This document shows, one piece after another, positions 40,119 to 50,731 of a stretch of 64,000 bases of DNA (position 1 is the stretch's first letter; each line of letters starts with the position of its first letter). The notes beneath the pieces are model-generated. The model saw only the letters and a list, made by a program, of their open reading frames with translations, had not been told where the DNA came from and did no database searches. A program made the position numbers and the translations under genes. This DNA comes from Kiritimatiellia bacterium. GTDB taxonomy: Bacteria > Verrucomicrobiota > Kiritimatiellia > RFP12 > UBA3636. The stretch is taken from the NCBI GenBank assembly GCA_050942875.1, contig JBMNOD010000001.1, positions 16,597-80,596 on the forward strand, in the 5' to 3' direction.

Positions 40119-40932
40119 TTCCCACGCCCACTTCCCCGGCGACGCCTTCGCCGAACACCGCGCCCAAATCGCCCGCGCCCGCGAAGCGGGGCTCTGCGGC
40201 ATCCTCGCCGTCGGCGGAAGCCCCGACCTCGACCCCGGCGCCATCGCCATGGCGCGCGAACACCCCGGCGACGTCCACCTCGCCCTCGGCTGCGACCGCG
40301 ACACCGCCCCCGCCCTGGCGCCCGACCCCGCCACGCTCGACGCCACCCTCCGGCGCCTCCGCGCCACCCTCGCCGACCTCGCCCGCGACGGCATCGCCGT
40401 CCGCGCCATCGGCGAAATCGGCCTCGACTTCTCGCGCAACCCCTCGGCAGCCGACAAGGCCGCGCAAATCGCCCTCTTCGACGCGCAGCTCGCGCTCGCC
40501 GACGAACTCGACCTCCCCTGCACCATCCACAGCCGCGACGCCGACGCCGAGACGCTCGCCTCCCTCGAACGCCACGCCTCGCCCTCCCGGCGGCGCACCG
40601 GCAGCGTCGGCGTCCTCCATTGCTTCACCCGGGAGGCGGATTTCGCCGCCGCGCTCATCGACCTCGGCCTCTGCATCGGCCTCAGCGGCATCCTCACCTT
40701 CCGCAACGCCGACCCCCTCCGCGCCGTCGCCGCCGGATTGCCGCACGAACGCATCCTCGTCGAGACCGACTGCCCCTACCTCACGCCCGTCCCCATGCGC
40801 GGCCGCCCCAACGAACCCGCCATGCTCCCGCACACCGTCCGCCGCCTCGCCAAGATCCTCGGCCTCGACGAAAGCGACGCCGCCGACCTCACCACCGCCA
40901 ACGCCCGCCGACTCTTCCAGATCGACCCATGA
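40105..40932 (+). CDS. tatD: TatD-family metal-dependent hydrolase/DNase
   Basis: HxH start (FDSHAHF), GEIGLD, CFT and ETDCPYL motifs. Confidence 0.85.
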   Translation: MISFDSHAHFPGDAFAEHRAQIARAREAGLCGILAVGGSPDLDPGAIAMAREHPGDVHLALGCDRDTAPALAPDPATLDATLRRLRATLADLARDGIAVRAIGEIGLDFSRNPSAADKAAQIALFDAQLALADELDLPCTIHSRDADAETLASLERHASPSRRRTGSVGVLHCFTREADFAAALIDLGLCIGLSGILTFRNADPLRAVAAGLPHERILVETDCPYLTPVPMRGRPNEPAMLPHTVRRLAKILGLDESDAADLTTANARRLFQIDP

Positions 40933-42647
40933 ACGCACGCACCGCCCTGCTGCTTGCGGCCCTGGCCGCAACGTCCCTCGCCGCCAGCGCGCAGACGACC
41001 CTGCGCCGCACGGTCGACCGGATGCCCTCCTTCGACCCCATCCAGTCCGAAAGCGTCGGCGCCATGCGCTGCGTGTCCCTCGTTTACGAAACGCTCCTCG
41101 AATACGACTACCTCGCCCGCCCCTACCGCCTCCGCGGCTGCATCGCAGAGGACCTGCCCGAAGTCTCCGCCGACGGCCGCACGCTGACCTTCCGCCTCCG
41201 CCGCGGCATCCATTTCGGCCCCGACATCTGCCTGAGTCCAGACCCCGCCACCGGCCGGCCCGGCATGCGCGACGTCGTCGCCGCCGACGTCGTCTATTCG
41301 TTCAAGCGCCTCGCCGACGCCAAGCTTTCATCGCCGGGCTACTGGACGGTCGAAGGCAAGATCGAAGGCATCGACGCCTTCCACCAGGCGTCGATGGGCG
41401 ACACCCCGACCGACTACTCGCTCGACATCGCCGGGCTGCGCGCCCTCGACGAGCGAACCGTCGAAATGCGCCTGACCGCGCCCGCCCCCGACTTCCTCTG
41501 GGTGCTCGCCATGCCCTACACCGCCATCGTGCCGCGCGAGGCCGTGGAGCACTACGGCGCCGGCTTCGAATCCGTCGACGTCGGCACGGGACCCTACCGC
41601 CTCGTCGCCTGGCGGCGCAACTACCGCTACGCCTTCGAACGACGCCCGGGGCGCGACATCGCGCGCGACGCCACACCGCTCCTCGACGACGCCCGGGACG
41701 CCGTGCCGATCGAACGCATCACCTACCTCGTCATGGAAGACCCCTCGACGCGCTGGCTCTCCTTCCTCAGCGGCGGCCTCGACGTCGCCGGCGACATCTC
41801 GCGCGACAACTGGGACGCCGTCGTCGGCCCCGACGGCGATCTGACCGAAGACATGAAGCGGCGCAACATCCGCCTCCTCGCCAAGCCCAGCCTCGACACG
41901 TTCTACATCGGATTCAATCTCGACGACCCCGTCCTCGGCGGCAACGTGAAGCTCCGCCAGGCCCTCTCCTGCGCCTCCGACCCCCGCCAGTGGGAAACGC
42001 TCAACGCCGGACGCGTCGTCGGCGCCAGCGGCCCCGTGCCCATCGGCATCGCCGGCCGCCTGGAAACGCCCTCCCCCTACGCCTTCGACATCGAGAAGGC
42101 CGAAGCGCTCCTCGCCGAGGCGGGCTACCCCGGCGGCGTCGATCCCGCCACGGGGCGCCGCCTCGCGCTCACGCTCGACCTCGGCCGCACCGACCAGGAA
42201 ATCCGCGAGACCGCCGAGCTCTTCGCCTCGTTCATGGATCGCATCGGCGTCGTCGTCAAGCTCCAGTACAACAACTGGCCGTCGTTCCTCAAGAAGATCG
42301 CCCGCCGCGAAGCGCAGATGTTCCTGATCGGCTGGATGGCGGACTACCCCTCGGCGCTCAATTTCATGCAGCTCTTCGTCGGGCGCAACGCCTCCCCCGG
42401 CCCCAACCGCAGCAACTACGCCAACGCCGACTACGACGCGCTCTACGACAAGGCCGACACGACGCTCGACGACGACGCCCGGCTCGCGCTCGTCGCGCAG
42501 ATGCAGGAAACCATCCGCGAGGCCTGCCCCTGGATCTTCCTCTACCACCGCAAGGCCAACCTGCTCGTCCATCCGCACGTCCGCAACGTCGTCATGCACG
42601 ACTTCCCCTACGGCGCCGAAAAGCATTGGCGGATGATGCCGAAATAG
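40929..42647 (+). CDS. ABC transporter substrate-binding protein, family 5 (peptide/nickel-type)
   Basis: ATG 40929 overlaps the tatD stop (ATGA). Signal peptide MNARTALLLAALAATSLAASA; SBP_bac_5-like length (572 aa) and sequence. Confidence 0.78.
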   Translation: MNARTALLLAALAATSLAASAQTTLRRTVDRMPSFDPIQSESVGAMRCVSLVYETLLEYDYLARPYRLRGCIAEDLPEVSADGRTLTFRLRRGIHFGPDICLSPDPATGRPGMRDVVAADVVYSFKRLADAKLSSPGYWTVEGKIEGIDAFHQASMGDTPTDYSLDIAGLRALDERTVEMRLTAPAPDFLWVLAMPYTAIVPREAVEHYGAGFESVDVGTGPYRLVAWRRNYRYAFERRPGRDIARDATPLLDDARDAVPIERITYLVMEDPSTRWLSFLSGGLDVAGDISRDNWDAVVGPDGDLTEDMKRRNIRLLAKPSLDTFYIGFNLDDPVLGGNVKLRQALSCASDPRQWETLNAGRVVGASGPVPIGIAGRLETPSPYAFDIEKAEALLAEAGYPGGVDPATGRRLALTLDLGRTDQEIRETAELFASFMDRIGVVVKLQYNNWPSFLKKIARREAQMFLIGWMADYPSALNFMQLFVGRNASPGPNRSNYANADYDALYDKADTTLDDDARLALVAQMQETIREACPWIFLYHRKANLLVHPHVRNVVMHDFPYGAEKHWRMMPK

Positions 42648-45371
42648 TCACTTCATCAGCAGAAGCGTGCCAAGCGAGGGCGAAAAGGCGTGCAGAACGA
42701 CCGTGTCCACCCACCAGCCTTCGCTGGCGATCCTGGAATCCGTGCTCAACCGCCAGCGGACGCGCAGCGTCGAACCGGCGTAGATCGCCGGATCAAGCGC
42801 CACGACGACCTCCGTGAACGCACTGCCGCTGTCGCCCGTCCAGGCAGGCTGGTCGGCAAGTTCGGCTGGCGTCCTGAACAACCATCCTCTGGCAATCGTC
42901 GTGCCACCGTAACCGCCCTTGACGAAGGACGCGCCGGAGCCTGCGGCGCCAATCGCCTTCCAGTTGCCTAAGCCACCCGGCGAAACCTCCAACACGCAGC
43001 CGTCGTAGATTTCCGTGTTGTATCGATGCCAGAACCGAAACCGGATGCCGGTGGCGTCCGACGGGATTTCATAGACGGGCGAGTTCAAATTGTCGGTGTT
43101 CCGGCTCGCAGGCCCGGATGCAAAACAGGCATGCGGCGGCGTGTGGCTCGCCGTCGTGACGCGCGTCCAGTATGTCGAACCGATGTTCGCATCCGACGTC
43201 CACCCCGAAGGCGCCGCCTCGAAAGGCGTCCGCGCCAGAATCCTGGCGACCGCCAGCGCGTTGGTCAGCTCCCCGACCTGTCCGTCCGCATTCGTCACGC
43301 GCACGTTCCAGAACCCCTGCCCCATTCGCGCAAGATCCGGCGTGCAGACAATCTCGGCAGACGTCGCGGCCTCCACGACCGCAGGCGCCTCGGGATCGCC
43401 CGAACGGAAGAAGGCCACGTCCGCGTCATCGTCGAAATGCGAGCCGAGCACCGAGACCGTGTTGCCTGCCTCGGCCACGAAGTCGGGATCGACGGCCTGC
43501 ACCATCGGCGGCATCCGTCGCGCCCCCGAGATAATCAACGCATAATCCTGAAGATTGCCGCTCAGCGTGCCAGCATACGTGACAACCGCCTTCCACAAAC
43601 CCGGCGTGGCGGGAGACGCCACCAATACCTGTTCGACGTTGTCGACGTTGTTGGTGCCGGTCGTTGCAGCGGCCGACATCGATTCTGGCGTCCACGTGCC
43701 GACGAACGGCATGACGAACGGCAGATGCGTCGTGCCGTCCGGCGCGACGAGACGCAGATTCAAGTCGTTGACCAATCTCACGTCGCGCGAATCATGCTCG
43801 TTGAGCATCACAGCGGCGCCCGGCGGATCGGTCCAGCAGATCGTGGCGCGGATCGGCGACACGCCATCCCAGTTGAACACCTGCTCGCGGACGGGGGCCG
43901 CCGTCGTGATCTGGCTTTCAATGATCGAAGGGACGGCCGGATTCGTCGCCGCCGTGCAAATCAGATCCGCCGCCGCCTTCGCGTTGACGAGACCCCAGCC
44001 GAACTTGTAATCGGGGCCGGGCGTGCCAAGGTCGTCGGCCGTGTGGATGAGCAGCGCCTTGAGCGTGCTCGCCCGCAGGTGCTCGCCGGGCTTCATCGAC
44101 GTGTAGAGGCCGAGCAAAAGCTGCGCCGTCCCCGTCGCGTTCGGCGCGGCCATGCTCGTGCCGCTCTTGTACCCATAGCTTGAGGGGGTGCCGGAGAGGG
44201 TCGAATACAGCATGTAGCCGTTGGCGACGAGATCGGGCTTGATGCGTCCGTCGTCCGTCGGCCCCCAGGAGGAAAAACTCGTCATCCCCGCCTTGGCGGG
44301 ATCGCGGACGCCGCTCGTGACGGCGTCGCCCACCGCCCCGACCGTCAATGTGTTCTTGGCGACGGCATAGAAGCCAAGCGTGTCGTACCCGTTTTTGTAC
44401 TTGCCGTCGCCGGGAGGATGCGAGGCGCTGTCATAGGCAACCGTCATCGTCGGGACGTCAGGATCCAAAGCCACCGTATCGCCATTCGCAGGATTGTCGC
44501 CGCGGTCATTGCCGGCCGCCCAGACGATCGTGTAGTAAGGCAGGCTTTGGAGGCGTCCGTCGATTTCCCTGGAATGGGAATTGTACTGCCCGAAGTGGGG
44601 GTCGTAGCTGTTCGTCGTGCCGCCGGAACCGAACCACGTCCATTTTGGAGCTGTCGTGTAAAGCCATCCCGCCTGGTAGGCGTAGCTGTGGTTGGACAGG
44701 TGGATCTTGCCCGGCTCGCCGCCATACGACGCGCCGCGCGATGCCGTTTCACTCGCGTCGTCGTCCCAGTCGTAGCTGTCGATCATCACGGCGGGCGCCA
44801 TGCCCATGACATCGGGCTTGACGCCCTTGGCGCCGATCGTGCCCGCCACGTGCGTGGAATGATCATTAAAGCTCGTAATTCCCTTGTCCTTGATCGTCAC
44901 GCGATCGCCAAATTCCACATGGTTCGTCCGCACGCCTCCGCCGTCCCACACGCCAACCGTCCAGCCCGCGCCATCCATGGCATGCGGCGCGGCGCGGACG
45001 AGATTGGCGCCCGTGCTGATCGCGGCGTTGGCGTTGACCGTCGTGTAGTAGAGCGGCTTGCCGTCGATCCAGTCCATCAATTCGATGAGGCTGCCATCCG
45101 CATGTTCCACTCGAATCGGCATGCCCCGCAAGCCGGCCTGCCGCACCGCCTCGGCCTTTCGCGCCCGGTGGATTTCCCGAAGACGCCCGACGACCTCGGC
45201 GCGTTGCGCCGGGTCGCGCATGTTCGCCGCCCCGCGCCAAACCTCGGCCGCCGCGCCTCGCGGCGGCGCATTCGTTCGCTGGGCGAAACCCGGAGCTTCC
45301 GCCAAAACCAGCGCGACCCCCAGTGCCAAGGTCAACACCCCGCCACGTGAACAGTCAAACCACCCTTTCAT
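42648..45371 (-). CDS. S8-family subtilisin-like serine peptidase with large C-terminal extension
   Basis: Catalytic triad regions VWDGG (Asp), HSTHVAGTIG (His) and GTSMAAP (Ser). Signal peptide; 907 aa. Confidence 0.85.
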   Translation of the reverse strand: MKGWFDCSRGGVLTLALGVALVLAEAPGFAQRTNAPPRGAAAEVWRGAANMRDPAQRAEVVGRLREIHRARKAEAVRQAGLRGMPIRVEHADGSLIELMDWIDGKPLYYTTVNANAAISTGANLVRAAPHAMDGAGWTVGVWDGGGVRTNHVEFGDRVTIKDKGITSFNDHSTHVAGTIGAKGVKPDVMGMAPAVMIDSYDWDDDASETASRGASYGGEPGKIHLSNHSYAYQAGWLYTTAPKWTWFGSGGTTNSYDPHFGQYNSHSREIDGRLQSLPYYTIVWAAGNDRGDNPANGDTVALDPDVPTMTVAYDSASHPPGDGKYKNGYDTLGFYAVAKNTLTVGAVGDAVTSGVRDPAKAGMTSFSSWGPTDDGRIKPDLVANGYMLYSTLSGTPSSYGYKSGTSMAAPNATGTAQLLLGLYTSMKPGEHLRASTLKALLIHTADDLGTPGPDYKFGWGLVNAKAAADLICTAATNPAVPSIIESQITTAAPVREQVFNWDGVSPIRATICWTDPPGAAVMLNEHDSRDVRLVNDLNLRLVAPDGTTHLPFVMPFVGTWTPESMSAAATTGTNNVDNVEQVLVASPATPGLWKAVVTYAGTLSGNLQDYALIISGARRMPPMVQAVDPDFVAEAGNTVSVLGSHFDDDADVAFFRSGDPEAPAVVEAATSAEIVCTPDLARMGQGFWNVRVTNADGQVGELTNALAVARILARTPFEAAPSGWTSDANIGSTYWTRVTTASHTPPHACFASGPASRNTDNLNSPVYEIPSDATGIRFRFWHRYNTEIYDGCVLEVSPGGLGNWKAIGAAGSGASFVKGGYGGTTIARGWLFRTPAELADQPAWTGDSGSAFTEVVVALDPAIYAGSTLRVRWRLSTDSRIASEGWWVDTVVLHAFSPSLGTLLLMK

Positions 45372-45401
45372 TCCCTACCTCCTCTCAAAGCAAAGGCCTG
45401 C

Positions 45402-48233
45402 TTAGGATCCATCGCTGTCCTTCGGCACGGGTGTCGCATCCGAAACCCGCAACGGCAGGATCATCCGGCGTTTCACGACGTCAAGGGACGTCGTCGGCTT
45501 GGCGCGCCGAGGCAGAAGCCCATACTCGGGAATGCCAAAGGCAAGGCGCAACGCGGCGCTCTCCGCATCTTCGGGGGCCGTGAAATGGAGAACCGTCTTG
45601 AACGCCGTTCCCAACCGACCGGGATGGACGTTCAAATCCGGGCAGAAAGGCTCATCGACCCGGCTGACAACGCGACCGGATGCATCAAGCACCTTCACCG
45701 AAAGCCCCAGGTTGTCGGGGAAGGCGAAATCCGGCTTCACATCCCAGACCATCTCAAGGGCGAACCGGGTGCCCGATGCGTCAAGGCGCTGCAACCCGGA
45801 AACGCCGCGCAGCACGAGGCCGCCATCATAAAACGACGCGCCCGATCCTTCAATGACGTCCGGCATGGGCGGCGGTCGATTGGCATGCAGCATCCCGCCA
45901 TAGAACATCAGATCGGCCGACCGCGCTCCTTCGGGACGCGGCGGCGCCAGCTTGAAGACGGTCATGCCGCCCACCGAGAACGCCTCGGCCTCCACCCCGG
46001 CGGCGCGAAGCGCCGCCCGCGTCGGCCCGGCCTCGGCGTCTTCCACGGCGACGGCCACGCCGTCAGCCGGCCCAATGTGCGAAACCGGCACGTCGTCCGC
46101 GACCTCGCGCGACGTCCACACCGCGCCGTCCGTCAGCCGGTGGATTTCCCGTGCATGCCAGCGATCCGCAAACACCCGATCGATTTCCTCGACCTGGATG
46201 CGCCGCGCCACCGCCGCCATGTCGAGATCCGCAGAGGACGATGAAGGCGTCATCACGTGCAAGGTCTCCAGAAAGATGCTCGGGCAGGAGGAATGGATCG
46301 ACATGCGCACACGCAGTTCGCTCACCTCGGCTGCCGGGAACGTCTTTTCAATGCGAAGGGCGCTGCCGAGGTAATGGAAACGCGGCCCGCTCCAATAATG
46401 CCCCGTCTCCTTGAAGAGACCGGAGAGGACGTGCCACTCGCCGCTCGCAGGGTCGCGGCCTTCGACCGACCAGGCCTCCATCGCGTGGCGGGGGCGGTTG
46501 ATCGCCCGAAGACCGCAAACCTTGACGGGCGCGGCGAAAGCGATGTGCAGCTCGCACTGGCGCGATCCGTCCAGATCGCGCAACTCCGCAAACGTCTCGC
46601 CATTGCAATCCGTCAGCTCCGCCCGCCAGTCCCTTCCGGCGCCATCCGTCATCGCCGTGATCGTCTCCGGCGGCAGGGCCGTGCGCGTCCCTGACGGAGG
46701 CAGAATGTCGTAATGGATGCGCATGCCGGGAATTTTAACGAACGTCGCGCGTCCACACGTGTTGGACAGGAAATGATCGAATCCACGGAAGTTCTCAAGC
46801 ACGCCCGGATGGTCCGCGTTTTCGAGCCGATCGAAAAACGGCGCGTAACGGTAGAGCTTCGGCGACACCGCGCAGACCGCCTCTTCGGTAGCCCAGTTGA
46901 CGCCATAGAGAATGAAGTCCGCGAAGAACTCCTTCGGCAAACCGGGATGCGCCGCCAGCGCAAGCGCCGTATCATGCCACCCGGCCTTGATGTTGCCGTG
47001 GTGCTTCAAATCCGGCAAGCGCGCCCCGACATCGAAAGCGACGAAAAGGATGCCGACGCCCGCCACCGCACGAAGGCGCCACGCGCGTTTGCGCGGGGCG
47101 GCGGCGGCCAATTGCATCAGCACCCCGATGCCGCTGCCGGCGAGCACCGCGAAGACCGGCACAAACGGCAGCAGGTAGCGCAACGAGTGGATTGCGCCAA
47201 AAGACGACAGCATGTACGCCGCCGCAAAGGCGCCGACGAACAGGAAGCACGCGCAAATCAAGCGCCGGAGCCGGCGCACGGGCGCGCCGCCGACGCGCAC
47301 CGGAAGCGCAGCGGCCGCAAGCGCCAAAACCAGAAAGGCAAGCAAGACGACCAGACCAAGCTGCGGCTTCCCGTCCGGAACGGCATACGCAAAAAGCGCC
47401 GGCAGCCGTTCCGTGAACAGAAGCACGCCCGAGCGAACCGTCTCCCGCACCCCCGGCGAGCCGCCGGCGGATTCAAGCGACTGCCAGCCGTTCCTCGCAT
47501 TCCAAATCCACCAAGGCGCACTGCCCGCGAAGAATCCAATCAAGCCGCAGACCAGGACAGACGGGCGAAAGAGCCGAAGGCGAAAACGCCACAACAGCAT
47601 GACGCAGACGACGGCCACGGCAGGCATCACGAGCCAGAAGTTCCAGAAGCCCAGGCCGACGAGGAAGCCCAGCAGCAAAAACCGCCGGGAACTCGCGTCC
47701 GGAACGGCGCCCTCGCCGCCTTCGTCGTCCGCCCCGAGGAACACCGCCTCGTGCAGCAGCAGCACGGTCAGCAGCAGCCCCAGCGCATAGCCGCCGCGCG
47801 GCGAGGCCATGTAATGGAAATAGCCGCTCGGCCCCACGAGGCAGAGTGCGGACGCCGCCACCGCCGCCACCGGGCCGCCGACCCGCCACGCCAGCCGATG
47901 GACGGCGAGGGCCATCGCAAAGGCCATCAGCCCCGTGCCCAGGCAGACCGCGAAGGGCGTCGGCCCGAGGAACAGCCCGAGCAGCGCGCTGAAGGCGGGC
48001 TCCAACGACCCCATGTAGGCCTGCCCGTAGAAAAAGACCGGAAAATCCACGCCCGCAAGCATGTGCCGGACCATCAGCACCACCACGGCATAATCCGGAT
48101 TGCCATGCAACGCATACCACTTCGCGCCGAGCACGCGCATGACCAGACAGGCGCCAAGGACGAGAACCGAAGCGGCGATCGCCAGCCCGCGCATCGTTGG
48201 GGTTCTGTTCTCGTGACTCGGGTTGCACTTCAT
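45402..48233 (-). CDS. large polytopic membrane protein (GT-C/ArnT/YfhO-like) with ~550-aa C-terminal extracytoplasmic domain
   Basis: 943 aa; ~11-13 predicted TM helices in the first ~400 aa, then a soluble domain. Start overlaps the stop of the upstream paralogue-like gene by 1 nt. Confidence 0.6.
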   Translation of the reverse strand: MKCNPSHENRTPTMRGLAIAASVLVLGACLVMRVLGAKWYALHGNPDYAVVVLMVRHMLAGVDFPVFFYGQAYMGSLEPAFSALLGLFLGPTPFAVCLGTGLMAFAMALAVHRLAWRVGGPVAAVAASALCLVGPSGYFHYMASPRGGYALGLLLTVLLLHEAVFLGADDEGGEGAVPDASSRRFLLLGFLVGLGFWNFWLVMPAVAVVCVMLLWRFRLRLFRPSVLVCGLIGFFAGSAPWWIWNARNGWQSLESAGGSPGVRETVRSGVLLFTERLPALFAYAVPDGKPQLGLVVLLAFLVLALAAAALPVRVGGAPVRRLRRLICACFLFVGAFAAAYMLSSFGAIHSLRYLLPFVPVFAVLAGSGIGVLMQLAAAAPRKRAWRLRAVAGVGILFVAFDVGARLPDLKHHGNIKAGWHDTALALAAHPGLPKEFFADFILYGVNWATEEAVCAVSPKLYRYAPFFDRLENADHPGVLENFRGFDHFLSNTCGRATFVKIPGMRIHYDILPPSGTRTALPPETITAMTDGAGRDWRAELTDCNGETFAELRDLDGSRQCELHIAFAAPVKVCGLRAINRPRHAMEAWSVEGRDPASGEWHVLSGLFKETGHYWSGPRFHYLGSALRIEKTFPAAEVSELRVRMSIHSSCPSIFLETLHVMTPSSSSADLDMAAVARRIQVEEIDRVFADRWHAREIHRLTDGAVWTSREVADDVPVSHIGPADGVAVAVEDAEAGPTRAALRAAGVEAEAFSVGGMTVFKLAPPRPEGARSADLMFYGGMLHANRPPPMPDVIEGSGASFYDGGLVLRGVSGLQRLDASGTRFALEMVWDVKPDFAFPDNLGLSVKVLDASGRVVSRVDEPFCPDLNVHPGRLGTAFKTVLHFTAPEDAESAALRLAFGIPEYGLLPRRAKPTTSLDVVKRRMILPLRVSDATPVPKDSDGS

Positions 48234-50476
48234 TAGAACCTGCTTTCGTAGCGGACGTCGACGCGCGACGCCCCATTCGGTCGAATGCCAATGAAGACGA
48301 CGCCGTCGCCGGCCTCGTGCGGAACCAGCTCGGCCGGCGGATCGACGCGGAGCCGGTCGTTCCAGTTGTAGCGGATCACCGCCTCCTCCGGCGGCGTCCC
48401 GCCGAAATCAACGCGGATGTGGTTGAAGTCTGCTTCAATGACGCCCTCGCCCTTGGCGAACCGTCCGCCGGAGTCCTTGACGGCGAAGACGACGAAATCG
48501 CGATTCGCGGATTCGTCTTGATCAACCAAGGTGGCGACTTCGCGGAAAAGCTCCGGATTCGCGCAGCAATGCTCAATGTGGTCGCGACGGAAGGAAATCA
48601 CATGCGTCACGCCGTGGAGCTTCGCAAATTCATGGTATCCGCCGGGCTTTTTCCGAAAGGCCTGCGGCGGATAGTTCATCTCCACCATCCCGCGGGGGAA
48701 GCCATAGTAGTCGCAGGACATCATCTCGCGCCCGGCGAGCTTGGGCAGGTAGGCGATGTGGCCGCGTCCATACGCATGCACCGCCGATCCCGCGAAGAGC
48801 AGCCGCCCGTCCTCGGGCACGTTGGCCTCGATCCAATCCGTGAGGTCGTGGACGATCCGGCGCGTCCCGACATAGGCGTCGTGCGTCCGCGCGCCGTAGT
48901 AGCGCATCGTGTTCTGAAGCGAGCACAGCACCAACGCCAGCACCACGGCCTGCAGGATCGGCGCGAACCGGGCGCGCGACACGAGCACCTTGCGCAAGAT
49001 GCAGGCGGCGGGCAGCGCCATCAAACAGGATGCCACGACACCCATCCGCACGAGCTGCATGTTGGGCAGGCAAACCGGCCCCATCGTGAACACGACGACG
49101 AGAAACAAAAACGGCGCCACCACCCAGCGCCGCAAACGCCGCCACGGCATGAACCACATCCCCGCCAGGCCGGCAAACAGCAGCAGCGGGTTCATGTCCG
49201 CGCAAATCGACATGAGCGTCGTCAGGAATTCACGGCGAAACGCACGGAGCCCAATGGCGTCGTCCGAAGGATTCTCCAGCACGTGCCCCAAAACTTCCTT
49301 GCCCAAAAACGAGCCCGCCACCGTCGGAATCAGCGCCGCAACCGTCACCGTCGCGGCCAGAAGAAATGCAACGCGACGCGACGACCGCCACCAATGCCGG
49401 GCGTGCCCCAGCACAAGCAATCCCAGCGGGAGGCCCAGCATCAGCATGGGCGGCCACTGGCCCATGAAGAAAATCGAGACGACCATCCCCACAAGCACCC
49501 AATGCGATGGACGCGGCCGCATCGCCGCCGCATGGAGAAACGCCAGCGCCGACGGCAGCATCGCCATCGACAACGACGCGCCGACCGTTCCAAACCGAAG
49601 CAGCCAGAGCATGAAAAGCGGCCCCTGCGCCAAGGCGAAGATCGCCCCGAGAAGCCCGCCGATCATCGAGAGACCCGCCGCGCGAAACCCCGCATGCGTC
49701 ATCCACGGCACAAAGAAGACAAAGGCGAAAAGGAAGACATAGGGCGACGCCACATGCGGCGGCAGCAGGAGCCAAAGCGGCGCGCCCAGAATCGCGTAGC
49801 CGGCGACGCCCGACGACGTGATCACGCTGTTGGCGACGCCCGCGTTCCAGTGCGGCACGTAGTTCTCGCGCCACGGAAACGCCCCGAAAAACTCCGAGAT
49901 TCGAAAGAGAAATGACGGATGGTCGTCCGAATACAACGCCCCGAAGCCCGTGTGACGGAGCAGCAGGCAGCAACACGCAACCTGGGTGGCCACAAGCCCC
50001 GCCGCCAGCACCTTCGGAAGCCATCGCCGCGGATCCCAGATCGTGAACAACGGCACCGCGCCAAAGGACAGCAGGACAAACCACATCTGCACCGCCTTGA
50101 AGCTCTGAAATGAAATCCCCGTCGTGATCGGCCAATTCGCAAAATAGTATTTCGGAATCCGTGCCACCGCTGAAAGCGCATAGACGGCCAGCGCCACAAG
50201 CAGCACCCACTCCAGCGGCGCCAGCCCTCGGACCGCCTTGGCGTCCGTGCCTGCATCGTCCACGCGCCCCAGCCGGCGCCGCAGCCGCTGCGAGACCCAA
50301 AACGACGCCGCCATGCCCAGCGCCCAAACGGCAAGAAACGCCAAATCACGAAGAAACCAGCCATGAATGAAGAAAATACGATCATTCGATCGAGCGGCCT
50401 GCCGAACGCACAGCGCGCAAAGGGCCATGTAGAGAAGAACCTTCAGAGCTTTGCGACTGTTCGACAGCTTAAACAT
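48233..50476 (-). CDS. large polytopic membrane protein (GT-C-like) with C-terminal soluble domain
   Basis: 747 aa; N-terminal ~520 aa highly hydrophobic multi-TM, C-terminal ~220 aa soluble. Confidence 0.6.
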   Translation of the reverse strand: MFKLSNSRKALKVLLYMALCALCVRQAARSNDRIFFIHGWFLRDLAFLAVWALGMAASFWVSQRLRRRLGRVDDAGTDAKAVRGLAPLEWVLLVALAVYALSAVARIPKYYFANWPITTGISFQSFKAVQMWFVLLSFGAVPLFTIWDPRRWLPKVLAAGLVATQVACCCLLLRHTGFGALYSDDHPSFLFRISEFFGAFPWRENYVPHWNAGVANSVITSSGVAGYAILGAPLWLLLPPHVASPYVFLFAFVFFVPWMTHAGFRAAGLSMIGGLLGAIFALAQGPLFMLWLLRFGTVGASLSMAMLPSALAFLHAAAMRPRPSHWVLVGMVVSIFFMGQWPPMLMLGLPLGLLVLGHARHWWRSSRRVAFLLAATVTVAALIPTVAGSFLGKEVLGHVLENPSDDAIGLRAFRREFLTTLMSICADMNPLLLFAGLAGMWFMPWRRLRRWVVAPFLFLVVVFTMGPVCLPNMQLVRMGVVASCLMALPAACILRKVLVSRARFAPILQAVVLALVLCSLQNTMRYYGARTHDAYVGTRRIVHDLTDWIEANVPEDGRLLFAGSAVHAYGRGHIAYLPKLAGREMMSCDYYGFPRGMVEMNYPPQAFRKKPGGYHEFAKLHGVTHVISFRRDHIEHCCANPELFREVATLVDQDESANRDFVVFAVKDSGGRFAKGEGVIEADFNHIRVDFGGTPPEEAVIRYNWNDRLRVDPPAELVPHEAGDGVVFIGIRPNGASRVDVRYESRF

Positions 50477-50517
50477 AAGTTTCCATTACCCAATAGAGGC
50501 CAAATCAAAACACGCGA

Positions 50518-50558
50518 TATGAATTTGCAATTTTAATATGAATTTGCAATTTTAATTG
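50518..50558. promoter_or_regulatory. tandem 20/21-bp direct repeat (TATGAATTTGCAATTTTAA x2), putative operator in divergent promoter region
   Basis: Perfect tandem duplication in an AT-rich island between the minus-strand membrane-protein operon and the plus-strand DUF4886 gene. Confidence 0.4.
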
Positions 50559-50731
50559 ATTTCAAGCGAGGAAGCAAACAAAAAGGAACCGATTACCGAT
50601 TGCTTTCGGCCCGCGTTCTATGCCATAATGAAAAGGCGTCGCCACAAGGAAGAAAGAAACCCTTCTTCATTCAAAAACACTCGGCCGGCAAGTCGTCGGC
50701 GCCGAGGGCGCACGATCCCAAGGAAAACACC

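Noticed and set aside
39219-40754. 511-aa minus-strand ORF
   Set aside because: Antisense to yggS and tatD, Ala/Arg-rich; GC artefact. The same applies to 40115..42817, 41328..42626, 43026..44183, 44418..45350, 46713..48236, 48197..49915, 51858..53840, 52276..53754, 56785..58185, 57888..60191, 59846..61396 and 60028..61794.
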